Below, piece by piece: positions 1-10,963 of a DNA stretch of 64,000 bases. The notes beneath the pieces are model-generated. The model saw nothing but the letters and a program-made list of their open reading frames with translations, searched no databases and had not been told where the DNA came from. Source of the stretch: Setoptus koraiensis (Eukaryota; Animalia; Arthropoda); assembly GCA_048013815.1 (NCBI GenBank), contig CM106585.1:186001-250000 (forward strand). Direction: 5' to 3'. The position numbers and the translations under genes are program-made. Position 1 is the stretch's first letter. Every line of letters starts with the position of its first letter.

Positions 1-98
1 CTGTTCTGTCAGTGGCTGGGTGACAGGCTGAAGTGGGGCCCAGAGGCCACGCTCGCCACGCGCACGCAAAAAATGCCAGGATTAATTTAGAAAAAATT

Positions 99-165
99 TT
101 GCCCTTTTGGCGCCCCCTATCTAAAATTCTTTTGTGAATTTTAAATAGGGGGCGCTAAAAGGCAA
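99..165. other. 30-bp imperfect stem-loop
   Basis: TTGCCCTTTTGGCGCCCCCTAT-C-TAAAATTC / loop TTTTGT / GAATTTTA-A-ATAGGGGGCGCTAAAAGGCAA. On the + strand it has one bulge, one G-T pair and one mismatch. Confidence 0.8.
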
Positions 166-536
166 GCTGTGCATACGCACCATACATACCCGTACACGTA
201 AGCAATACTGTGAGTATACCATAAATGAGTTTACCTGTCCGGCTATTGTTACTACTCTTTGCATGGCTTTTGTTTCGTGCCACTTGACTGATTAACTTGA
301 GTGCGCGCCACACGATAGCTCAGACGCCTGGCACAGGCAGAGAATGGCCAACGGCCTTGCCAGACACATACCGCCAGATGTATAAATATATATATTATGT
401 AATATAAAATGCTAGGTGTGTCACCGTTACTTTATTGGCGCTGCGAGTGCCCGCATACAGCCAAACATAAAGTAATACGTATAGTGATACGTATAGCAAT
501 GCACCTGTACACTTGCTGATATGCTGCAGCTTGGGG

Positions 537-593
537 CAACAACAACAGCAACAACAACAGCAACAACAACAGCAACAACAACAACAACAACAA
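537..593. repeat. (CAA/CAG)n trinucleotide microsatellite
   Basis: Direct reading of the sequence. Confidence 0.95.
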
Positions 594-1832
594 CCACGAG
601 CTAGCGAGCGAGCGCCAACTAACAAACGTGAAATTGAATTCTCAGCTATTGATATTCATCATCATCATCATATGGAATCACGAAGTTGCATCATCATGAA
701 CTCACTTTTGCATTGCAACTATTTAGCAACTAACTCAACACACACACACACATAAAGGTATTGAGACACGTACACGTACAACACGGCTCACACGAGCCAA
801 CATGTAGCACGTATTTTGGGGCGCACAAACACACACAGTAGTTGCAGTAGTTGCAGTTGTTGCAGTAGTTGCAGTTGTTGTTGCTGTTGTTGTTGTTGTA
901 GCGGCTATAACAATAATAATAGGCATGACAGGGCAACATGCAACTATAGGCACGGCAAAGATTGCGTAACATTGCAAAGGATTCTTTTGGGCCGCAATAG
1001 AATAGCTGCACAATTTAGCTGTGTGAGAAGTTGTGCGAATTTGAGATTACAATTTAAACTGTTTGCTGCTGTGGCCTCACCGAGATTTCGCTCAAACCAA
1101 TCTCTGGCTCAACAGCCAGCGAAACAGATTGCCGGCTGGCCGAGATAAAAAAACAACATTATACATTTATATTATTTACTACACATTATACATAATAGTT
1201 TTATTTACGGAGTGGCACGCAGTGTTACGTAACACAACCGGTGCCACAACCTACCATCATCATGCTGATCTGATATTTTAGCATAACGCTCATACATAAC
1301 GGTGCTGGCTGCACACTCTACTTAACAACTACGATTCTATTCTATACTCTGTGCCATAGACATAGGAATAGACGAGGCCACTATGTTACATAACATTGCT
1401 GCTGGCGTTGTGGCCGAAATGGGGCCCAACATTGTGCTGGCGGTCAAGCTATGACCGAGAGCTATGAGAGCAAAAAAGAATGACGAAGCAAGAAAAGAAC
1501 GCGTACAGGTGAGTGCGCGCAACAAAACATGAATTGGATTATCAGTGCGTTAGTTTGCACAACAACGAGCGGCGGTGGCCAACAAAAAACTGGCGACCAG
1601 TGTCAACAAGCATAAACAGAGACAGACAGAGAGAGAGAGCACAACAACATGGCTTAAATATAACATAAACAGAGTTGTCCAGAGGACCGGAAGTGGCCAG
1701 TGAATGAGCTACATACATATTATGTAACATATCACATGAGTGTTACACTATGTATGCTAGCATGCCAGCGTGCAATGTATTGGTATAATGCAATGGTATT
1801 GGGCTAATGGGATGGATATTATACAGAAATAT

Positions 1833-1849
1833 CGCGGCTAGGTGGCGCC
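1833..1849 (+). promoter_or_regulatory. CTCF-like motif
   Basis: CGCGGCTAGGTGGCGCC resembles the CTCF consensus CCRCYAGRKGGCGC. Motif similarity only. Confidence 0.3.
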
Positions 1850-2217
1850 CAATGCCAGTTTGATTGTTGCTCGACTGGGGCCATGCAAAACAACAGCTGA
1901 CTGATTTGACAAGGGATGAGTAACGAGCGCCGATCGGGTGTCCAAGATTTGCCATGTTAATCCTGTACACAAACTGTTGTTGTTGCCAGTGAGCTGGCGA
2001 GTTATGTAATGCGTTGTGCTGTCATGATACCGTTATACTGTCACAGTGTGTATAATACAGTGCATGTGTCTAGACGTGCTTGTTGTTGTTGTTGATGACA
2101 GCGTAAATAAGTGTTAAATAAGCTGATAAGCGTGGTTGTTGCTGTCGGTTGTTGGCTGATATAACGATAACATAATGAGCGCTCGAGAGAATAATTTGGC
2201 GCGCCCAAACAGTTCAA

Positions 2218-2263
2218 ACTGTTCAGACAGTTCGAACAGTTCGAACAGTTCGAACAGTTCGAA
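2218..2263. repeat. 9-bp tandem repeat (ACAGTTCGA)n
   Basis: About 5 units visible. Confidence 0.85.
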
Positions 2264-2499
2264 TAGTGATAGTGGGGCCAAAGTAAATCTGTCAAAGGCC
2301 ATAGATAGACAGACATTAATATTAATGACACATGAGTGTTTATTTACTTTACATCAGCACTGGCCCCTCCAACTGTCCGCAGCGCCGTCTATGTATTGAG
2401 TCTATGTATGTCTCGTTGAGACAGTGCCCAGATTCTTGAGTCAAGAATCGGTGGCGACAGTGGCCACAATCCGGCAATTGCACCTCGGGGAGACTGGCC

Positions 2500-2567
2500 C
2501 GGTGGCCGGGTAGCCCGGCATCCCGGTAGCCCGGTAACCCGGTAGCCCGGTAACCCGGTAACCCGGT
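2500..2567. repeat. 9-bp tandem repeat (CCGGTARC-C)n
   Basis: About 7 slightly diverged units of CCCGGTAGC/CCCGGTAAC. Confidence 0.85.
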
Positions 2568-4057
2568 GTGACATGTTAGCCCCTCGGGCGAGATTGGGCG
2601 TCGATGATTAGGCCATGTATTGTCATTGAGCCATATCCATGCATATACCGTAACATGGACATGACACAATTGTTGGCTGGGCCGCATTGTGGCCCAAAAA
2701 GAGCAGTCGCCATTGAGTGCCAGCGACAAACTCTTGAGCCAAAACATAACACGACACAACGCAACACAAGGCACCGTCTCGACCGGAAGTGGCTGGCTGG
2801 CCCCACAACTGCTTATCAATTTTACATTTTGGCCACGTTTGGCTCACAAGCGTTTGTCAGCGCCAAGACAAGCAGGTGATGTGCAGTTATGTCATATTAT
2901 GTGCGTATGAGTGTGAGGGTAGCGAAAATGTCACCAACGACAACAACAATAACAGAGTGCGGAATAAAAGAATATTGCTCGCTTGTTGTGGCCCCACGCG
3001 CAACTTGTCATCGCTGTCACGGCCGTCATGTGTTGCTGGCGTTGCTGTTGTTGTTGTTGTAACCGACACTTTATTTGTGTTTAGTGGCACAACAACAGCA
3101 ACAACAACAACAACAACAACGGCGACGACGACGACGACAGCAGCCATGGTTGACATAAACTTGGCAAGCTCGCGTTTGGATTGTGTCGTCGAGCTCACTC
3201 ATTATTATTTCTATTATCATGGCGAGACGACGGCGACGACTTGCGCGGCTTTTCACTTGTTCTTGGCGCAGTGAATAGCTGCCAGTATAGTCACAAAACA
3301 TAACATGATGATGGTTTCGGGTGAGGTCAGCAGCGTAACACTACAACTAAAATACAACAACAAATATACAACAAAAACAAAAATGCGCCCCCGTTACACA
3401 AGCACACGGGAGAGCATGGGAGCATGGGAGCCGGCGGGTGGGTGTGACGGGGCCGGGATCATGGAGCATGGATACTATTGAGTCGGTGGCTTCACATTCA
3501 CCGACAATGGAGTGACATCATTATTATCCAGTGTCTCACTTGTCTTATTTGTTCACACAGACACACACACGACAAGCCCGGCCCCAACTGTTAGCTCGAC
3601 ACAACAACGCGGGCCCCAACGCCAAAATTGCGACGACAAGTCTTGGCCTGACACAACGGCCGAGGACATTAGAGCGAGGGGCCAAAAGACCGTTTTAGAG
3701 AAACGAGCCAAAAGGGAGAGCAAGTGTCATTATGGGTGCACTTGTTAGTTGTTTCTGTTGGCCGCTCGCTTTGGTTCTCTGGATATTGGGCTCTTTGGAT
3801 CTCTGGCTCTCAGGCTTGTTGACGAGCCAACCAGCCAGCCAGCCGGCCGGCCGGCCAGCGATATTTGTCATGGTGGGGCCCATCAACGAGACAAGAAAGC
3901 GTCATCACGATCTTGGCGCTGTCACACAATGAACGTTGATTTAAACATTGAGCTCGGGGCCAAGTATCGCCGAGCTGTCCGCCGTTTGCCATTACTTTTG
4001 CCAACAAGCCAAAGAGGCCCCGAACCGGCGAGCGCCTCCTATCCATCCTATCCTATC

Positions 4058-4135
4058 CATACCCTTAGCCATACCCTTAGCCATACCCTTAGCCATACCC
4101 TTAGCCATACCCTTAGCCATAGCCATAGCCATAGC
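4058..4135. repeat. 12-bp repeat (CATACCCTTAGC)x5 followed by (CATAGC)x3
   Basis: Direct reading of the sequence. Confidence 0.9.
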
Positions 4136-6639
4136 CGTGCCCGGCCTATCCACATCCATGCTATCCAACTATAACATTTGGCCGCAAATATAACATATCC
4201 GTGGCCAAATGTTGTACACATGTAGCTGTACATATACGCAAAAAGAATATCCGAAAAGAGCGCCCAAAAACGGCGGAGCGGCCACAGAGAAATAGCCAGA
4301 GTTAATGATCGTTGAAAAATATACAATCCAACACACAAATTTTCGATTGTCGTCATTGTTGTTGTGAGTCGGTGTGGGACCCACAAAAATTCATTACTGT
4401 CACTGAGGAGCGGATTGAATCCGTCGTCAGTGTGATGAGTTGGTGGCACTAACCACCAGGGCCCGCTTTTGCATGACAACAAATGGCCAGCGACAGTTCA
4501 ATTGTATCATGAATTGCAACGAACTCTCATGAGCGGCGAGCTTGCCAACTGCTCACATTGCTCATACGACACGACCACATGTGTGACTGACAATTGTGAG
4601 AGGAGCCCCATCGTTACACTGGCCTCGTATTATGTAATACAAGCTTTACAAGTTTCATCGTACAAGATGGATTTAAATAAATGGCCGTGTCGTGTTGGGC
4701 GCACAAGATAGGCCGCACATCTAGCGACATTGTCGTTCTTTTTTCTCAGTCTCGGAGAACATTTAACAGTTTTTTTTTCTTCTTCTTCTTCGTTTTCGTT
4801 TCATTCATCCATTCATTGGCGTTCGCTGAACGAGTTCACCGAACGCCGCTTGCCAAACGGGCGATTCAATTGTCAAGACACACTCGTTGTCGCGTTGTTT
4901 GCTTCAACGATTCTTCTGGCCCGCTGACCAAACACAATGTGCCTATAACTAAGCAACAGACTCAACTCACCGGCCAGTCATCTATCAACTAAATGATTGC
5001 GCCGAATCGCCATTGCCCATTTAGTTAGTTGCAGTGGTATGCAAATGAGTTTAGTCTCAATTGTCAAGTGACTCGTTAAACTCGCACGCAGCGCATACCG
5101 GATGTTAGCTCTCCCTCTCTCTTTGCCCGATTCTCGAGCAACAACAACAACTCCCATTGGGCTCGCACTCATTTGGCATTTGGTCCAACTTTATATACTA
5201 TAAACCACAACCTGTCTTGTTGCGTAACTCGCCATTTCGCCCCTCGAAATCCCATTTCGGGCTGCCCCCATTTCGGGGTTAATGCGCTGCGCGTTAATCC
5301 GAAATGGCCGGTGTTTTGCCCAGTACACTGTTGATTTTATGCCATTTTGGTCAAGATACGCGCACCAGTGGTCGTTTAATCAATTTGCAGTCTGCCAGTG
5401 TCTGTCACGCTAGAATTCAGAGTCTAGATTTGTCCAAACTTTGGTCGATTGCCAATATCTGACATAATGTTGTCAACCGTTAGGATTATCTATCGATTCA
5501 CTTTTAGCCCGGTGAAAAGCCTGGCTACAAGCAAATCACATGGAAATTCGTATATGAGCAAGTCAATGACTTGAGGTCATACATACACGTACATAAATGA
5601 GCCGCTTAGGACACACGTTTATTTTCACCGGACTACCCAATTAAGCGGCTTTTTCTCGTTGTTGCCACCTAACCGAATATTCATCCAAGTTGGATGGACC
5701 GGTAGTGCCAGCAAGATGGGACTTATGATGGATACGAGAGATTTTCTGCAAAGAACAAGTGATTATTAGAGACAGGTGCGTTAGTGGATGTAAAAATACT
5801 TGCCAAGTGAATATGAAAATTGGACAGTTGAATTTGGTCTGATTTCGTAAGAGTCTTGTCAACTGTAAGCGCCCAGTTTAAATGGGTGCACTGCACACTA
5901 TATTTCATAGTATCGTATTTTGAGCTGCCTACCAGAGAAGGCCAGCTTTTGGGGTGATTTCTAGCGATAACTGCTGGCCCCATCAATCATCCATATGAGA
6001 CAGTGTTTACCTTTTATTGTGCGGCTTCAATTGGCCATGGGACCTTACATCAAATCAAGTCTATCAATTGAATTGGCGAATTGAAAACGGAATAACGGCA
6101 TCGACAAGTTGTCAGAAGAGTTGTACGAGAGTTGGCCAACAAAGACGTGCAAAACACGTGCACTTGCAGTGCGTGAGTGTAGACCGTGCTGACCATTAAC
6201 AATGCCAGCTCTGGACAATGTCTGTGTCGTGTGGTCATTGGTTGCGCAACGCGTGCTAACCAACCGTGATAGTAACCGGTAATTAGCATCATGGGCGCAT
6301 CAACTAATCGTGCGTGTGCCATTCAAGAAAAACATGAAAACATTCTGAGAGGCGTCTATTTAGTATCATACGGGCAGCATGAGTGATTAGGCCGCAGTAT
6401 GACACGATTTAATTAGGCGTTGTTTGTGCGCGACTTCCGTTTATGAGCCGCTTAATTGGAGGTGTTGTTGTTGGCACAGCCAAGCTGGTCGTGATAACAC
6501 GTTTGTGTGTCAGATACAGATGGATTGATTTTGAGCGTGCTCACTATTGGACACAACACACACGCACGCACATTAATATCCATCAATAACAGTTTGCCTG
6601 TTTATACGTTTTAGCCACCGTTAAACGGCCAACAGCAGC

Positions 6640-6657
6640 GACAACAACAACAACAGC

Positions 6658-6716
<59 letters not shown>

Positions 6717-6742
6717 CGACGACGACGACAACAGCAACAACA
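6640..6742. repeat. (CAA)n microsatellite with CAG/CGA variants
   Basis: Direct reading of the sequence. Confidence 0.95.
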
Positions 6743-7085
6743 GCAAACCGCAAACTGCGGCAACTGCCGCTTTTCACGCAATCATCACACCAGGTGAGTG
6801 GGCGTCGCCAGCTGATTAAATTGATTAAACATGGGCTGCGTCCATTTGCAGCATTTATCGATTGAGCAAGCCCGAACAATGCAATTATTGGCAACAACTG
6901 GACACTATATGGTGCCACTGTCACTGGCTCACAGCTGACAGTTGTGCACAGAATCTCACAAGTGTCGCCAGTGTCACAACTGTCACATTTTCGCCACTCA
7001 CTTGTCAGTGTAGTGCACTGGTCAGCTGATAAATAAATTTCGAGATGTGTCGAGATAAATAATGTTCGCTATTGTGACAACTTAC

Positions 7086-7188
7086 CATGTTTGTCATGAG
7101 GGTGGCGGCCGCAGCCATGGCCGCCGTCTGCTGGCTCTTGTACATGGCCTTCAGTTGTCCCTGCAGGTGACCGGGCGGATGCATGTAC
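7086..7188 (-). CDS. mbl: muscleblind coding exon 4 (end of zinc finger 4)
   Basis: Acceptor CAG|G restores the split Arg codon. Translates (R)YMHPPGHLQGQLKAMYKSQQTAAMAAAATLMTNM, completing ZF4, followed by donor ATG|GTAAGT. Confidence 0.92.
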
Positions 7189-7394
7189 CTGTCGCGGGCC
7201 GGTTGCGTCAGATTGGGCCGGTTGCGTCGAGATTGGGCAAATTGCGTCATCGCAGTGGCACAGTTATGATAGTGTACAGGTTAATTGATTGGCACAAGTA
7301 ACGCGCACCATATAGGAGCATTTATTTATAGTACATTCATACGTAAATACTATAAATAGTTTGTGGTCAGTCATTAGTAGCTGGTCATACTCAC

Positions 7395-9356
7395 CTGCAC
7401 TTGTCGCGCTGGCAGCGCCCCTTCATGAAGTCCATGCAAACCACCACTATGCCGTCCTGTGATTCCACGTGCTCGGGCGGATGCGCAAATCGGCACTCGG
7501 ACTCTAGGCGCTTGCAAGCGTTTCGTTTGTATTCCCGACACACCTCCAATCGATCGGCCCGAAGATAAAGAGATCCGCGCGCGCCAGTCGCACCATTAAC
7601 CGCCGGCGCGGCGGCCAGGATTCCATTGTTGCGCTCATTGGCTGGTGGTTGCGTCTTGTTGTTGATGCTGTAACCACCAGACTGCTGCTTGCTGTTGGTC
7701 AGCTGATTAGTAAAAGGCACACTCACTTCGGGCTGGTCGCCGCTGTTGACGGGCGCCGCACCGTGCTGGCCGGCGCCAATGTGCGTCGGGCCGGCCCGCA
7801 CGGAACTGTGGCGGTCGTTGTCGCCGGCGCTGTTGTTGACTAGACTATCATCATTATCACTGCTGCCGTTTGAATGGTTGCAACTGTCCACTTGGCGCTG
7901 CCGTTGCTGCTGTTGTTGTTGTTGGTGCTGCGGTTGTTGTTGTTGGTGCTGTTGTGCGTCTCCATTCAAGCAGGCGCTCATGGCACCGTTGCTGTCGTCG
8001 TCGTCGTCGTCGTTATTATTGCTCTGTTTACTGTTATTTCCATCATCATGATTGTTATCATTTGCAACACACATTGCGTCATCCTCATCAACAGCACCGG
8101 CCGCAGCACAAGTGGTTGCGTCATCATCATCATCTTGGCGGCCACTTAACTCGGTATTATTGTTGTTATTATTATCACTGGCACTTTTCGAGTTTGCGCT
8201 GGATATTATTGTTTGGATATTACAGTTAGACGACGACGAGCAGTTGCAGTTTGCCAGCTTGCAACTCAAACTGGTGGCGCCCTCAACGCCAACAACAACG
8301 CTGGACAGTTTCGTCTTGTCACCGTCCACTTGGCCGCACTCAACTGCCAATGGCATCTGCTCAACAGCGGCGGCACTCGCGAAAGTCGCTAGGTGCCCGC
8401 TGGCTTGCGCCTCGACACTGTTGGCGAGTGCGCCCCTCTCATCAGCATCTTGCATCATGCAATTATTACTATCAGACTGGTGGTCGTTTTTCGCACCAGC
8501 CTGGCAACCGTCATTATTATCATTATTGTCAGTGTTGTCATTATTGTCATTATTGTCAGTGTTGTCATTTCTGTCACTGCTGTCGCTGCTGGTATTGTTG
8601 GCACAGTCGCCAACAGCGTCGCCGTCGGTGGAATCATGTCCTTGTGTGTCACAGTCGCCTGCAGCAGCCGACCTCGAGCTACTCTCGTTCGACAGGTCGT
8701 TTGACAGTTGCTGCTTGTCCGCCGGACATTCCATGTCTGACGGACTTTTTTCAATTGATTTGTTGCTGTCGGGCAATCTGTTGTTGTTGTTGTTGTTGCT
8801 TGATTTAGCACCCTGCTGGTCAGCTGACGAGCCGTTGTTTGTCCAATGATAGGGAGACGGATGCGGGCCGCTCTTGTGGGGGGTCTGAGTAGAGCTCTGG
8901 CCAGGCAACTGCTTGGCCAGGTGAGCTGCGCTGGCCCCAAAGTTGGCCGGCTTTTGATTGAGATTGTTGGCGCCAGGGGCGCTGTTTGTATGATTGTTGG
9001 TGCTATTGCCATAGTGATGAGGTAAGGATGGCATGTGAACTGTGTGGGGCGACGAAGCTAATCGGTGGTGATGCTGTTGCTGCTGCTGATGATGAGTGTG
9101 ACCCATCGGATGATGATGATTAACATGATGATGGAAGCCATTAACTGTGGGCAATCCGATTTGTTCGGCCACAACGGCCGCCTGGTGGTGATGGTGAGCA
9201 TAGGGCAAAACGTTGCCACTTGTAGATTGGCTTACGAAGGCGCCGAGAGCGCCCGCCGGTGCTCCCGTTGCATAGGCAATTTGTTGGGCGTGTAGCGGGT
9301 ATTGCATTGAGGCCGCGGCTAGGGCGGCCATCACATTGGCCTGATGTTGTTGATAT

Positions 9357-9408
<52 letters not shown>

Positions 9409-10429
9409 GCTGATGATGGGAGTTATTGAGCGGGTGGTGGCTGCCATTTTGTGCAATATGACTATTTGGGTGGTGTTGCTGATTGTTGTTATGATTATTT
9501 GGTATTGTAGAAGGAAGATGGCACTGTTGTTGTTGTTGCTGCTGCTGCTGGTTGGCCATATACTGCAATTGCATCATCTGATTCAATTGCTGTTGTCGTT
9601 GTTGTTGTTGTTGTTGTTGGGCAACCATTAAATTTAATAGATGCTGCTGTTGGTGTTGTTGCTGTTGCTGTTGTTGGTGGTGGTGCTGGTGAATGGTATT
9701 AGTGGCGTAGCTAGGCGACGAGGATGACGACGATGACGTTGGAGATGAAGATGCCCTTATGCCGTTCACTTGCGGCTGATGATGATGATGACCGTTGGTC
9801 AAGGTGGACTGTTCTGTATGGCTTGTTTGAGTAGTTGTTGTGCTTGTTGACACCGGCTGGCCCGTCTGGTGGCCGGTGGACAAAATACTATTGTTGTTGT
9901 TGTTGTCGTACAAATCGGAGCTGTTCTCTGATATCTGGCCACTGGTGTTGTTGCATTTAGTAGTTGCGGATGGTCGACTAGGGGGCGATAATGATTTGCT
10001 GTAGTGGTGATGATGGTGGTTGCGTGGAGTGGTTGCCGTTATTGGCGATCCCGACGACGACGTGGACGACCTATTTGACCCGTTGCCGTTGTCATTAGAT
10101 GCGCGCTGTCTCTGGTAGCTACTGTGGCTAGTGCGCCCCGACGACTGATATCCGGTTGTATCCTTGAGCTGCTTGCTGTGGTGCTGCAATTGGTGCTGAT
10201 TAGGTATCACTGGTTGACCACTTGGTGCGCCACTTGCGCTCAGCGCCATCAATGACTGGGCTGGAGGTGGCCCCGGTGCGGTTACACCAACCGCACCGGA
10301 CGCAGCAGCGTACCTGAGCGTGCCAGCGGCCGTCGGGTACGTGATGGGGGCCGGGATAAATGGATTGACCAGGGCCGCAGCGGCTGCAAAGGCGGCTGCG
10401 GCGGCCGCTGCCGCATTGTTGTGCTGATT
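7395..10429 (-). CDS. mbl: muscleblind giant coding exon 3 (low-complexity linker, zinc finger 3 and most of finger 4)
   Basis: A long polypyrimidine tract and CAG|AATCAG acceptor sit at 10430/10429, phase 0, compatible with exon 2. The frame is open for 3,035 nt and ends in LRADRLEVCREYKRNACKRLESECRFAHPPEHVESQDGIVVVCMDFMKGRCQRDKC, with donor AG|GTGAGT (phase 2). Internal introns cannot be excluded without RNA data. Confidence 0.8.
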
Positions 10430-10949
10430 CTGAATCGTACAGGTAGAGAGAAAGAAAGGGAGAGAGAAAAAAAAAACAATTTCCTTTGTTATGGAGTGAT
10501 TGATATGCGCCCATTTTGATTTGTTTGTTATCTGCACAATGTGATTCGCTAGAACAGACACAATAACTGTGACTCGCCATTGGGCTAAATTGAATTTAGG
10601 CGGCCCAAGCGAACGGGCCCAAACAGTTGTAGCTAACTAGTGACTCATAAGCAATTATAATATGGCCAAATAAATTTGACAAAAACATTTGATTTATGCG
10701 CCCTGTGGACGGGCACAGGTGAGCCTAGCGACATCAAGGCCAACTGGTAATATTAAGTTGTGATATTGAGCGCTAGTTGGCGTCCCGCTGCTAGGGGGAT
10801 TGGCCAGTGGCTCGTATTGTGCGGGGGTATGGTGAGGCATCAATATTGACGTAAGCGTTGTGTTTGACACTTGTTAGTCAGCGATCGGCTAGACAGCGAG
10901 TGGGCGCCAGTTAACGTCTGAATGTTTTAATATGATTGTGTCGCCCAGA

Positions 10950-10963
10950 GCGCCCCCTGCCGC
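10950..10963 (-). promoter_or_regulatory. CTCF-like motif
   Basis: The minus strand reads GCGGCAGGGGGCGC, matching the CTCF core. Motif similarity only. Confidence 0.25.

Noticed and set aside
1506-6799. Consensus + strand donors CAG|GTGAGT at 1506-1514 and 6791-6799, suggesting an antisense gene
   Set aside because: No coherent upstream exon or ORF could be linked to either site. Chance occurrence is plausible without RNA data.
7649-9631. Several 100-265 aa + strand ORFs
   Set aside because: They are antisense shadows of the CAA/AAC-rich mbl exon 3, giving poly-L/V/C with no domain.
10430-10561. N-terminal 45 codons of the 1056-aa ORF (MSVLANH...FFFSLPFFLSTCTIQ)
   Set aside because: These codons translate the intron's polypyrimidine tract and acceptor. 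The exon starts at 10429.
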